Assembly: GCA_012522735.1 (NCBI GenBank)
Contig: JAAYJU010000106.1
Location: 34,095 to 98,094 of the forward strand
Reading direction: 5' to 3'
DNA length: 64,000 nucleotides
From: Clostridiales bacterium
GTDB taxonomy: Bacteria; Bacillota; Clostridia; Lachnospirales; Lachnospiraceae
Shown here: one piece after another, positions 47,767 through 57,564 of the stretch
Layout: every line of letters starts with the position of its first letter
How positions within the stretch are numbered: the first letter of the stretch is position 1
Program-made: the position numbers and the translations under genes
The notes under the pieces: model-generated
What the model saw: only the letters and a program-made list of their open reading frames with translations
Told to the model about the DNA's origin: nothing
Database searches by the model: none

Positions 47767-49053
47767 TTAGCTCCAAATAAACCAAATCAATATATATCCA
47801 GTTATAACTGCTGATAGGGTAAATGGAACACTTACCTTCATAAATGTTCCCGCACTTACCTCATATCCTTCTTTTCGCAAGATACCTAGTCCTGTAATAT
47901 TGGCAGATGCACCTATAGGAGTTATATTACCACCTAGGGTAGCACCAATTAGTAATCCAAAATAAAGTAGGTTTGGCTGTATCCCCATAATATTTGCTAT
48001 CTCTCCCACAACCGGAAGCATTGTTGCCACATATGGGATATTATCAATAAAGGCAGAGAACAATACCGAAGCCCATACTATCAAGGAGTATATTAAAAAT
48101 ACATTATCACCGCTTGCTTTAACAAAGATCTGACTTATGTCCTTTACAAGTCCTACTTCGGTAATTCCACCTATCACAACAAACAATCCCGCTAAAAGAA
48201 GGATTGTATCAAAATCTATGGAATTAATACTATCTTTAATGGTCTCTGAATTTCTTGTCTTAATTAGCTTGCGAATAAGTCCTATTAGGAATAAGCCCAT
48301 ACATATAATACCATTCATCATGCCTTCGATAGCATCTGGCTTGTACTCACTCGGGACAAATGAGTTAAGTATCAATAGTACCACTATGCCTACCAATAGT
48401 ACTGTAGGAAAATAATCCTCAACCTTAGTTCGCTCTGAAGTCTCTATATATTGTCTATCATTTCTAAAAAGGACTAAAAGGACTATAGTAGAAACAACTG
48501 CACCGGCTTCAACTACCCAGAATATTCCCGGCTTACCATCAAGATAAAAGAAATCTATAAAGCTTAGGTTGGCATGTCCGCCAAGTAATATAGATGTGGT
48601 ATCACCAACCAAGGTGGCAGCCCCCTGAAGATTAGAGGAGATGGCTATAGAGATTACACTTAGCACCGGTGATATTCTAAGCTTCTTGGCAATATTTACA
48701 GCGACGGGAGCAACCATCAATACAGTTGCTACATTATCTACAAAGGCAGATATTATACCCGCAAAGAGAGCCAATGATATAATCGCCCATTTTATATTTG
48801 GCACCCTATTAATAATATGGTCGGCTAATAAAGAAGGCATCTTAGATTCTATAAAGAAACCGACTACTCCCATTGTGCCGGCAATCATTAAAATAACATT
48901 CCAGTCTATTGCCGTAAGAACTTGATTTAAAGGTAATATACCAAGGATAACAAAAATTGCCGCTGAGACTAGGGCAATGTATGCCCTAATTTTAGGAAAA
49001 GATAATAATAAAATATAAGTCAATGCAAATAATATAATAGCTGTGGTCTTCAT
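47767..49053 (-). CDS. ArsB/NhaD/SLC13 family ion transporter
   Basis: About 12 hydrophobic segments; SAFVDNVATV, GDTTS, SAFIDNIP, GGNITPIGASAN. Confidence 0.8.
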   Translation of the reverse strand: MKTTAIILFALTYILLLSFPKIRAYIALVSAAIFVILGILPLNQVLTAIDWNVILMIAGTMGVVGFFIESKMPSLLADHIINRVPNIKWAIISLALFAGIISAFVDNVATVLMVAPVAVNIAKKLRISPVLSVISIAISSNLQGAATLVGDTTSILLGGHANLSFIDFFYLDGKPGIFWVVEAGAVVSTIVLLVLFRNDRQYIETSERTKVEDYFPTVLLVGIVVLLILNSFVPSEYKPDAIEGMMNGIICMGLFLIGLIRKLIKTRNSETIKDSINSIDFDTILLLAGLFVVIGGITEVGLVKDISQIFVKASGDNVFLIYSLIVWASVLFSAFIDNIPYVATMLPVVGEIANIMGIQPNLLYFGLLIGATLGGNITPIGASANITGLGILRKEGYEVSAGTFMKVSVPFTLSAVITGYILIWFIWS

Positions 49054-49087
49054 AGTCCTCCCGATTTATGTGTTTATATATAAACAC

Positions 49088-49113
49088 AAATTCCCCCCCT
49101 AGAGGGGGAATTT
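49088..49113 (-). terminator. Hairpin after the S41 protease gene
   Basis: AAATTCCCCC-cctaga-GGGGGAATTT. Confidence 0.65.
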
Positions 49114-49128
49114 ATACTTATAATTTAT

Positions 49129-50370
49129 TTACTTCATTTGCTCTTTTAGAATCTCAATTGCTTTTTGAAGCTGATTATCCTCATCTTTTGGAATAGTTAC
49201 CAGCTGCTTTAACTCTTCGTCTAGCTCGATTTCCACGTCAGGCACAATGCCCTCGCCATGTATATTTCGTCCATTTGGCGTAAAATATTTAGATATAGTA
49301 AGCTTGATGGCGGTTCCGTCTGTTAAGGGTATGACCCTTTGTACTATCCCTTTACCAAAGCTTGTAGTCCCTATCACTGTTGCCTTATCATAATCCTGCA
49401 AAGTCCCTGCAAATATCTCTGAAGCGCTGGCGCTATTACCATTAATCATTACCACCATGGGTTTATTATATCGATCAGAATTATCGGTTTTTTCTTCTTC
49501 TCGATTACCATATTTATCTTCAGTGTATACAACTAATTTCCCTTTAGGAAGCAAACGGTCCAGAATATCAACCACCGAGTTTAAAAGTCCCCCGGGGTTA
49601 TTTCTGACATCAATGACTAGTCCTTTCATTCCCTTCTTTTCTAATGCAGAAATCGCGCTAGAAAATTGAGAAATAGTAATATCATCAAATTCAACAATTT
49701 GAATATAGCCTATATCGTTCTTTAGCATCTCATATTCAATGGTCGGGATATTAATCTTTTTCCTTACTATAGTAAAGTCCATGGGATCTGTGACACCATC
49801 TCTATAGATAGAGATATTTACCTTGGTGCCTTCCTTGCCCTTGATTTTACCAACAACCTCTGTAAGGTCTTCGCCTGTGACCTCTACACCTTCCACTTTA
49901 AATAAAATATCATCAGGAAGCAAGCCAGCATTATAGGCAGGTCCATCCTTATATGGTCTTACAACGGTAATTACTCCCGTCTTAACATCCTGACTTACCA
50001 CGGCTCCAATACCATGATATACACCAGAGGAGCTTTCAATTAAATTCGCATACTCCTGTTTGGTATAGTATGTTGAATAGGGATCATCCAGACTATTAAC
50101 AAATCCTTTATATATCCCTGTGGCATAAGCCTCTGAATCTACATCTTCTAAATAATACGTATCTATTATCATCTTCAATACAGATAATTTTTCGACAATA
50201 TCCTCATAATTATCTTCTTCTGTATTATTGGCAGCGGACACATCCTCTATAGGTGTGGCATCAACCTTTTCTGGTTCATATACCAGGTAAAATACGCCAA
50301 AGCCTATTAAGGACAATAATATAGCCCCAAAAATCCCGGACAGAAATCCGGTTAAAAAGTTTTTCCTCAT
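49129..50370 (-). CDS. ctpA: C-terminal processing protease (S41 family) with PDZ domain
   Basis: LDDPYSTY, GIGAV, DVRNNPGGLL, NGNSASASEIFAG, GTTSFGKGIVQ. ATG at 50370 chosen from GGAGG RBS. Confidence 0.88.
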   Translation of the reverse strand: MRKNFLTGFLSGIFGAILLSLIGFGVFYLVYEPEKVDATPIEDVSAANNTEEDNYEDIVEKLSVLKMIIDTYYLEDVDSEAYATGIYKGFVNSLDDPYSTYYTKQEYANLIESSSGVYHGIGAVVSQDVKTGVITVVRPYKDGPAYNAGLLPDDILFKVEGVEVTGEDLTEVVGKIKGKEGTKVNISIYRDGVTDPMDFTIVRKKINIPTIEYEMLKNDIGYIQIVEFDDITISQFSSAISALEKKGMKGLVIDVRNNPGGLLNSVVDILDRLLPKGKLVVYTEDKYGNREEEKTDNSDRYNKPMVVMINGNSASASEIFAGTLQDYDKATVIGTTSFGKGIVQRVIPLTDGTAIKLTISKYFTPNGRNIHGEGIVPDVEIELDEELKQLVTIPKDEDNQLQKAIEILKEQMK

Positions 50371-50396
50371 ACCAAGCCTCCTAAAAAAGTAAATAA

Positions 50397-51485
50397 TCAA
50401 TAATCTAACTGTTCCATGTATTTCATATATTTAACAACCATTAAAGCTATTTTAAATGTAATTGCATCTTCAAATACACGAAGATCAAGATTGGTATTCT
50501 TTTGTAATTTATCTAGGCGATATACAAGGGTGTTCCTATGTATATATAATTGCCTTGAGGTCTCGGATACATTCAGGTTGTTCTCAAAGAATTTATTTAT
50601 TGTAGCTAGTGTCTCATCATCGAAGTCATCAGGTGATTTGCCTTCAAATATCTCTTTTATAAACATTTTACACAGAGGCATGGGAAGCTGATAAATCAAT
50701 CTTCCAATTCCTAGGTTGTTGTATGCCACGACATTTCTGCCGCTGTAGAATATCTTGCCCACGTCAAGAGCCATCTTTGCTTCCTTAAAGGATCTGGATA
50801 CATCCTTAATTTCAGATACTATTGTACCATAAGCCACATGAACCTTTGTCATAGCCTCGGTATTAAGCATGTCAAGGATAATTTTAGCTGTTTTATTCAG
50901 ATCCTCATAGGTCTCATTATGCTTTACTTCTTTTACAAGTATAATATTCTTTTCATCTACAGCTGTAATAAAATCCTTTGTCTTTCCAGAGAATAGGCTA
51001 CGAACTGTCTCAAGAGCATTAGCATCCTTTTCATTCTTAGTCTCAATAATATATACAACTCTTTTAGCTTCAGTATCAATATGAAGCTTCTTTGCACGGT
51101 TATAGATATCAACCAGCAGTAAATTATCAAGAAGAAGATTCTTGATAAAATTATCCTTATCATAACGCTCTTTATAGGCTATAAGCAGATTCTGTATTTG
51201 AAAAGCAGCAATCTTTCCAATCATAAATACATCCTCGCTGTCACCCTTTGCAACAATTACATATTCCAATTGATGCTCATCAAAAACCTTAAAAAACTGA
51301 TATCCTTGAATAGCCTGACTATCAGCAGGTGAAGCTACAAATGATAAAACTATATTCTCATATTGATCTGTATTCTCAGCTGTTGATGCCAAAGCTTTAC
51401 CTTCTGTATCCATAACCGATATGTCAATACGTGTAATACCCTTTAAGCCATCAATTGTATTTTGAAGAATTTGATTTGAAATCAT
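50397..51485 (-). CDS. CdaR/PucR family transcriptional regulator
   Basis: C-terminal FFENNLNVSETSRQLYIHRNTLVYRLDK helix-turn-helix. Confidence 0.85.
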   Translation of the reverse strand: MISNQILQNTIDGLKGITRIDISVMDTEGKALASTAENTDQYENIVLSFVASPADSQAIQGYQFFKVFDEHQLEYVIVAKGDSEDVFMIGKIAAFQIQNLLIAYKERYDKDNFIKNLLLDNLLLVDIYNRAKKLHIDTEAKRVVYIIETKNEKDANALETVRSLFSGKTKDFITAVDEKNIILVKEVKHNETYEDLNKTAKIILDMLNTEAMTKVHVAYGTIVSEIKDVSRSFKEAKMALDVGKIFYSGRNVVAYNNLGIGRLIYQLPMPLCKMFIKEIFEGKSPDDFDDETLATINKFFENNLNVSETSRQLYIHRNTLVYRLDKLQKNTNLDLRVFEDAITFKIALMVVKYMKYMEQLDY

Positions 51486-51719
51486 ATATACACTCCTTTA
51501 AATATTATATTTGAATTTTTACTTAAAATTCATAGATACTAATCCCATTTTAGCACTATAATAGTAATAAGTAAACTATTTTTATTAATATTGCATAATA
51601 CTTTTAGTACAATTCTATGAATTTACTACTATTATAAATTAGTTGCCTCATTAAACTATATCCATGATATGTCTATATAGTCCATTTATAGTATACAGTT
51701 TTAGGATTTCAAGCAAAAA

Positions 51720-51743
51720 AAGAGAACACCGAAGTGTTCCCTT
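51720..51743 (-). terminator. Probable terminator after the sugar ABC ATPase gene
   Basis: AAGAGAACAC-cgaa-GTGTTCCCTT, with a T run on the minus strand from the A7 tract. Confidence 0.65.
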
Positions 51744-51757
51744 CAATCTTTATATTA

Positions 51758-52873
51758 TTAGTTTGTTATAACCTCTTCTGTATCCTTATCAAATACATGT
51801 AGCCTATTCATATCAAAAGCAACCTTTAATACATCATCAGGTCTAGCTGTTGTACGAGGATTTACACGAGCGGTAAATTCTAAGGTATCATCAACCGAGA
51901 AGTATAAGAATACTTCAGCACCCAGAAGCTCGTAAACTCTTACAGTTGCTTCAAGTACAGCTTCAGGATAATTGTTGATATACATCTCTTCATCATGAAT
52001 ATTCTCAGGACGAATACCGATAACAACGCTCTTATCAACATATCCGCCATCAACAAGCTTCTTAGCCTTATTCTCAGGTAGCTTTAAAGCCTTGTTATGG
52101 AATTCAACAAATACATCTTCACCTCTCTTAACAACAATAGCATCCATAAAGTTCATCTGAGGTGATCCCATGAAACCAGCAACGAATAAGTTCTGAGGCT
52201 TATCGTAAAGGTTCTGAGGAGAATCAACCTGCATAATTAATCCATCCTTCATAACAACAATTCTTGTACCAAGTGTCATAGCCTCGGTCTGGTCATGTGT
52301 TACATAGATAAATGTTGTCTGTAATTTCTGATGTAGCTTGGAAATCTCGATACGCATCTGTACTCTCAATTTCGCATCAAGGTTTGATAAAGGCTCATCC
52401 ATAAGGAATACCTTAGGATTACGAACGATTGCACGACCCATAGCTACACGCTGTCTCTGACCACCGGACAGAGCCTTAGGCTTACGATCTAATAAATGCT
52501 CAATATCAAGAATCTTAGCTGCTTCATGAACAACCTTATCAATCTGATCCTTGGGAACTTTTCTTAATTTCAGACCAAATGCCATATTATCATATACTGA
52601 CATATGAGGATATAGCGCATAGTTCTGGAAAACCATCGCAATATCTCTATCCTTAGGTTCAACATCATTTACTAACTTATCATCAATATAAAGTTCACCC
52701 TGTGTAATCTCTTCAAGGCCTGCTATCATACGCAGTGTTGTAGATTTACCACAGCCTGATGGCCCAACGAAAATAACAAACTCTCTATCGGCTATCTCAA
52801 GACTAAAGTCTTTAACTGCTACTACGCCGTTAGGGTATTGCTTCGTAATATTCTTTAATGATACACTTGCCAT
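51758..52873 (-). CDS. msmX: Multiple-sugar ABC transporter ATP-binding protein (MsmX/UgpC type)
   Basis: [47 protein letters not shown]; stand-alone gene. Confidence 0.88.
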   Translation of the reverse strand: MASVSLKNITKQYPNGVVAVKDFSLEIADREFVIFVGPSGCGKSTTLRMIAGLEEITQGELYIDDKLVNDVEPKDRDIAMVFQNYALYPHMSVYDNMAFGLKLRKVPKDQIDKVVHEAAKILDIEHLLDRKPKALSGGQRQRVAMGRAIVRNPKVFLMDEPLSNLDAKLRVQMRIEISKLHQKLQTTFIYVTHDQTEAMTLGTRIVVMKDGLIMQVDSPQNLYDKPQNLFVAGFMGSPQMNFMDAIVVKRGEDVFVEFHNKALKLPENKAKKLVDGGYVDKSVVIGIRPENIHDEEMYINNYPEAVLEATVRVYELLGAEVFLYFSVDDTLEFTARVNPRTTARPDDVLKVAFDMNRLHVFDKDTEEVITN

Positions 52874-53055
52874 TTTCTATCCTCCTATACATTTCGTGTA
52901 TGTTCTTGTACTTCTTTATATCAGTATGATACACCATTTGTTTTACATAAACCATATCCCATTTTAACAAAATCGGTTTTGCCCTTTTGTATAATTTGTA
53001 TATTTAAAGATAAATTAAGTGTTTTTACCGATAATCTAAATATTTTTTGTTTTAT

Positions 53056-53940
53056 TTACTGTCTATATTCTATAAAGCCTTCACCCATTACTTCACGTAC
53101 ATCATTGACAATTACGAAAGAATTTGGGTCTATTTTCTTAGCAATTTCAGTAATTTTAACAATTTCATTCTTGGAAACTACACAAAAAAGCATCTTCCTT
53201 TCCTTATGGGAGTACATACCTGTGGAGCTTAAACCGGTTACCCCACGGTCAAGGGTGGTCATTATTTCTTTTGCAATCTTGTCATATTCATCAGAAATTA
53301 TATATGCCATTTTTGCAAATTTCAAACCTTCCAATATACCATCTGACACTTTAGTGGTTATGATTACGGCTATAATAGCATACAATGCATTTCCTAGTCC
53401 AAACACCAAAGCTCCTAAAACAATTATTGCTCCATCAATAAAAGTCAGAATAAAGGGAACCGAAATATGTCGTTTGTATCTATGGATTAGCGTTGCCAGC
53501 AAATCTGTTCCACCCGTGGAAGCATATACTGAAAACACCATTCCCATACCGACACCGGTTATAGCTCCTCCCACTACAGATGATAATAACATATCATTAA
53601 AGTTAAAATCATAGATTGGAATAATCATCAAGGATATAACCAAGCTTACTGTGCCAAAAAAAACATTAAGCATGGTCTTTAGTCCCAGAATCTTAATGGC
53701 TACTATGAATAAAGGTATATTAACTATAACTGTAAAAAGCCATATAGGAAGACCGCCCTCCCATATATACTTAGTAATCTCCTTGACTATTATAGCAAGT
53801 CCGGATATTCCTCCTGTAACTAAGCCCAAAGGCTCATATATTAAATTAATAGCTAAGGCCATCAAAAATGAACCTACAGCAATTGTCACATACTTTTTAA
53901 TTATTTTACTTGTTTTACTTAATACTTTTCTTCTTGACAT
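53056..53940 (-). CDS. YitT family membrane protein
   Basis: GLVTGGISGLAI, STGGTDLLA, RGVT....GMYS, IDPNSFVIV..EV.GEGF. Confidence 0.88.
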   Translation of the reverse strand: MSRRKVLSKTSKIIKKYVTIAVGSFLMALAINLIYEPLGLVTGGISGLAIIVKEITKYIWEGGLPIWLFTVIVNIPLFIVAIKILGLKTMLNVFFGTVSLVISLMIIPIYDFNFNDMLLSSVVGGAITGVGMGMVFSVYASTGGTDLLATLIHRYKRHISVPFILTFIDGAIIVLGALVFGLGNALYAIIAVIITTKVSDGILEGLKFAKMAYIISDEYDKIAKEIMTTLDRGVTGLSSTGMYSHKERKMLFCVVSKNEIVKITEIAKKIDPNSFVIVNDVREVMGEGFIEYRQ

Positions 53941-54015
53941 TATTCAACCCTTTTTATGCCTTTCACATTATTAGCTTGCGCTCATACTTGTCTAGCTATA
54001 CTCTATGTACTGGGT

Positions 54016-54858
54016 TTATTCGCCCAAGTAATCTTTAAGCTGCTTGGCAGCTTCCAGTTCATTAATAGTATATGCACTATTACTATCAGCTCCGGCGATA
54101 ACCTCAAATACGATATTTTTTCCCGGAGTGTTTAGATAACTTTCCATATAATTAAGCTTATCCTCAAAAGAAAGATTTGATGTAATTTCATCATATAACT
54201 CTTCTATATAATTACGTAATTCAGTCTCTGTACTTATTGTATGTAAATGCTCCAAAAAACTATCAGAAAAAACTTCTCTAGGAAATATATTCTCTGAATT
54301 CTGCAGATTATTTGCTTTTCTCTTTATAATCTCAGTATCAAATACAGTATTGTATATGCTCTGTGGTACTACTGTAAAATAGCTAATTTGAATATCTAGT
54401 AGCTCCTCAATCATTAAAACTCCATATTCATACACATTTTCCTTGGGCAGATAACCGGTTATGGCAGAAAGCTTTAAAAAGCTAGGAATCGATGGCTTAA
54501 TAAGTACAAGCTCTCTATGCAATGAATCTGATAAGGTTAGTTGAGTTTTAATGGGAATTGTAATATAGTAAAGCATTACATTTTCACAATTAAATATCTC
54601 TAAAATCAACTTTGTAATGTCTCCGCTTTCTTCATCAACGCAGTAGATGAGATGCTTTGATACATCATCAATTCTTGCCTCGGTAATAAGAGCCTGCTTT
54701 TTAACCGGCGGAATGGCTTCTATCACATTTGAATCCTCCACGTCATAAAAATACATCACTAATTTATAGCTAGCAACAATAATAATAGTAACAAGCATTA
54801 AAAAAAGAAGGGATTTTAAAAATCCTGTAGCAAATATTTTACCTGCACTTTTTCTCAT
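54016..54858 (-). CDS. Hypothetical membrane-anchored protein
   Basis: N-terminal TM helix and an acidic extracytoplasmic domain; family not confidently recognised. Confidence 0.5.
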   Translation of the reverse strand: MRKSAGKIFATGFLKSLLFLMLVTIIIVASYKLVMYFYDVEDSNVIEAIPPVKKQALITEARIDDVSKHLIYCVDEESGDITKLILEIFNCENVMLYYITIPIKTQLTLSDSLHRELVLIKPSIPSFLKLSAITGYLPKENVYEYGVLMIEELLDIQISYFTVVPQSIYNTVFDTEIIKRKANNLQNSENIFPREVFSDSFLEHLHTISTETELRNYIEELYDEITSNLSFEDKLNYMESYLNTPGKNIVFEVIAGADSNSAYTINELEAAKQLKDYLGE

Positions 54859-54914
54859 ATATTCACCCCTCATTCTAGACTATTTTACCATACCACAATT
54901 CCCTAATCAACATC

Positions 54915-55077
54915 CGCGAATAAGCAGATTAGTCCAAGATAATCAGAAACTTTTTTTGTGACATGTTGTATATGTCATAATAAAATGATATATTTATCAT
55001 GGATAAAGTGTATCGGTTCAGCAAGCTGAACCTTTAAGCGAACGAAAAAGTCGAAGACTTTCGTGTTCCTAATCTGC
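54915..55077 (+). repeat. Modular hairpin repeat element, copy 2
   Basis: TAAGCAGATTAGTCCA, GTGACAT..ATGTCAT, ATCATGGA, GTGTATCGGTTCAGCAAGCTGAACC (55008-55032), GAACGAAAA..GTTCCTAATCTGC; colinear with copy 1. Confidence 0.85.
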
Positions 55078-55102
55078 GAACTAAAATGAATTGGAGACTA
55101 AT

Positions 55103-55852
55103 ATGACTAAAGTTAATAGTATTAATAAAGGAACTGTTCTTGTAACAGGATCATCCAGAGGTATCGGAAAGGCTATTGCTATAAAATTCGCAATGGAAGG
55201 CTATAATCTAATAATAAACGGCAGTAGTCGCAAGGATAAACTACTACAGACCAAGTACGATATCGAACAGTATAAGGTTTCATGTATGGCATACTTTGGG
55301 GATATTGGTGATTATGACAAGGCTAAAGAGCTCTTCTCAATGATCAAAGAAGAGTTCGGTCATATAGATATTCTAGTGAATAATGCTGGAATATCCTATG
55401 TAGGCTTGCTTACAGATATGTCCTTAGAGGACTGGAACAAGATTATCACAACCAATCTAACTTCCGTATACAATTGTTGCTCACTTGCTATTCCCGATAT
55501 GGTTAAAGAAAAGAGTGGTAAGATTATTAATATATCCTCAGTCTGGGGAAATGTCGGTGCTTCCTGCGAGGTGGCATATTCTGCGTCCAAGGGGGGGATG
55601 AATGCATTTACAAAAGCACTAGCTAAGGAGCTTGCCCCCAGTAATATTCAGGTAAATGCTATCGCCTGTGGCGCCATAGACACCGAAATGAATAAGTTCC
55701 TTACAGATGAGGAGCTACTGGCGCTTTCAAATGAAATTCCTAGCGGTAGGCTTGGCAATGCAGAAGAAGTGGCTGATTTAGTATATCAATTATCACAAAA
55801 TAACAGCTACCTTACCGGCCAGGTTATTGGCTTGGACGGTGGCTGGATTTAA
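55103..55852 (+). CDS. Classical SDR oxidoreductase (FabG/YmfI-like)
   Basis: VTGSSRGIG, VNNAG, NISS.WG..GASCEVAYSASKGG, VNAIA.G.IDT.MN. The ASCEV segment resembles YmfI-type enzymes (from memory, not searched). Confidence 0.8.
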   Translation: MTKVNSINKGTVLVTGSSRGIGKAIAIKFAMEGYNLIINGSSRKDKLLQTKYDIEQYKVSCMAYFGDIGDYDKAKELFSMIKEEFGHIDILVNNAGISYVGLLTDMSLEDWNKIITTNLTSVYNCCSLAIPDMVKEKSGKIINISSVWGNVGASCEVAYSASKGGMNAFTKALAKELAPSNIQVNAIACGAIDTEMNKFLTDEELLALSNEIPSGRLGNAEEVADLVYQLSQNNSYLTGQVIGLDGGWI

Positions 55853-55922
55853 TGGTGCCAGGCACCATTACGAAATTGTTACATGGTGTTCATACTTTCT
55901 TAATGGTGCCTGGCACCATTAA
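55849..55922. repeat. Doubled 21-bp palindrome (REP-like) between convergent genes
   Basis: TAATGGTGCCAGGCACCATTA (55850-55870) and TAATGGTGCCTGGCACCATTA (55901-55921), separated by 30 unique bp. Confidence 0.85.
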
Positions 55923-55940
55923 GAGACATCATTAAGAATA

Positions 55941-56705
55941 TCAATCTGTTATGTACCTCAACCAACCATTATATATATCTTCTTCGCTAGCTCCGAAGGC
56001 AGCTTCATAATCTCCAGCTTGCGCAAATGCCTTAATACTGTCCCAAGAATATGTATTATCTAGATACTCAATATAGCTATAAGAATATTGATATCCGTTG
56101 AAATCAGCAAATTTTATCGGTGCTGTAAGGCCCTTAATACGGGTCTGCTCTAGGGTAGGTATAGTACCGTATCTCTTTATATCTCCGGGATTTTGCCCGG
56201 ACAGATACCCTGCCAGCCCATTATCTACCCAATAGGTCATATCCTCATTCAGGACATGATTATATGCATGAACGATTTCATGTAGAACTGCATTCTTAAC
56301 GGAATTATAATCATGCGCTTTACCGGGATTAGCAGGGGATGTAAGAATAACATCTGTGCTTATATTGTCACCAATATGCCAATCTAAGCCCAAAAAGGGT
56401 ACTATATATCCATATTTCTTTGTCTGCATTGTCCTTTGCTTGTCATATATGTAAATGCGTATATTCTCTTTCTCTGTAAGCCCCAGAAGCTCAGCGAGCT
56501 CTCTTGCTCTTTCTTCTGCTAGTTCAAATGCATCCCTAGCCGCTTCCTTCTCTGTCTCATAATATACGTTCACCCAGTCCCCAACGAATACACTCATTGT
56601 AGAATTGGCAAGTCTTATAGTCGGAATAAAATTAATCAAAGCAATAAGAACAAATGCTAGTATAAAACCTATAAATATTTTAAATAACACCTTGTATATT
56701 CTCAT
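55941..56705 (-). CDS. Membrane-anchored putative zinc metallopeptidase (HExxH)
   Basis: N-terminal TM, VLHEIVHAY..W...GLA.YLS pattern typical of peptidase MA-like domains. Confidence 0.55.
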   Translation of the reverse strand: MRIYKVLFKIFIGFILAFVLIALINFIPTIRLANSTMSVFVGDWVNVYYETEKEAARDAFELAEERARELAELLGLTEKENIRIYIYDKQRTMQTKKYGYIVPFLGLDWHIGDNISTDVILTSPANPGKAHDYNSVKNAVLHEIVHAYNHVLNEDMTYWVDNGLAGYLSGQNPGDIKRYGTIPTLEQTRIKGLTAPIKFADFNGYQYSYSYIEYLDNTYSWDSIKAFAQAGDYEAAFGASEEDIYNGWLRYITD

Positions 56706-56751
56706 AAGATAGTTCTTCCCCCTAATTCTTCTCCCACAGTGCCTAGTACCA

Positions 56752-57087
56752 CTATATGGTAATTAGCTTTTCTCCATCTTGAATTATATCGGTCAAATTC
56801 TTTCCCCAATAAATCACATTAACTCCTATCTCAGCCAAATACTCGGATACACCTAGCTGGTCCGAACACCCTTTGCATGCTGTGAATTTAACACCGACAT
56901 GAATAGCCATTTTTATCTTTTCTCGTATGATTTCATTCTCAGAAGCCAGCTTGGCAGAGGCTCCCCATATTACTACCTCCACCTCATCCCACCAGTCTTT
57001 TAGAATGCAGTTTTGAGAATACATAAGTACCATTTTCTCAGACGTTATCATATTATCACTTGTCCATAGGATATATAGCTTTCTCAT
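56752..57087 (-). CDS. DsrE family protein
   Basis: LYILWTSDN, WWDEVEVVIWGASAKL, ACKGC. Confidence 0.75.
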   Translation of the reverse strand: MRKLYILWTSDNMITSEKMVLMYSQNCILKDWWDEVEVVIWGASAKLASENEIIREKIKMAIHVGVKFTACKGCSDQLGVSEYLAEIGVNVIYWGKNLTDIIQDGEKLITI

Positions 57088-57111
57088 ATTTAATACGCCT
57101 CCCCATAAAAA

Positions 57112-57324
57112 CTATATTATTTTCAATCTAGATAAGACTTCAAGCATACCAATAGCTGTTAAATATAGTGCAGATATAATTAGAAAAATGAAAGCTAGCC
57201 AGGAAACCTTCTTCTCATCAACAGATTCTTCTATAATATCGTCAGATTTAGGCGTGGCCTTTATAGACCTTAGTAGTAATAAACAAATAAAAAATACATT
57301 CCCTGTTTGAGATAATTTTATCAT
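57112..57324 (-). CDS. Small hydrophobic ORF, possibly a gene remnant
   Basis: 70 aa with two hydrophobic stretches; no recognisable RBS; next to the probable IS end. Confidence 0.3.
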   Translation of the reverse strand: MIKLSQTGNVFFICLLLLRSIKATPKSDDIIEESVDEKKVSWLAFIFLIISALYLTAIGMLEVLSRLKII

Positions 57325-57371
57325 AAGGAGCTTTATTGTTCAAATTAAAAACCTATATTTGTTCCCTAGGA

Positions 57372-57437
57372 GGGGTGACATTTTCACCTGATAATTAACC
57401 TCCCCTAGGGGTGACATTTTCAAAAGTTGTTGACACA
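57372..57437. mobile_element. Probable orphan insertion-sequence end (DDE type with repeated transposase-binding sites)
   Basis: 15-bp direct repeat GGGGTGACATTTTCA at 57372-57386 and 57408-57422, followed by AAAGTTGTTGACA(CA). The minus strand reads TGT-N10-TGAAAATGTCACCCC. No transposase or partner end seen. Confidence 0.45.
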
Positions 57438-57470
57438 TAAAAATCTTAATAGGATCTCTATATATAATAA

Positions 57471-57498
57471 TAGAGTGGGATTCGAGAATCCCACTCTA
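57471..57498 (-). terminator. Terminator of the sugar catabolism operon
   Basis: 12-bp stem TAGAGTGGGATT-cgag-AATCCCACTCTA. Confidence 0.7.
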
Positions 57499-57564
57499 AC
57501 TATTACTGTATAATATTTATAATAAGCATTACTCTCTAAAAACTCTATAAATTCAATTTATATA

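Noticed and set aside
52979-53614. 211-aa plus-strand ORF
   Set aside because: Antisense shadow of the YitT gene, with no recognisable motif.
55850-55921. CRISPR array
   Set aside because: Only two 21-bp repeats and one spacer, no leader and no cas genes; kept as a REP-like doublet.
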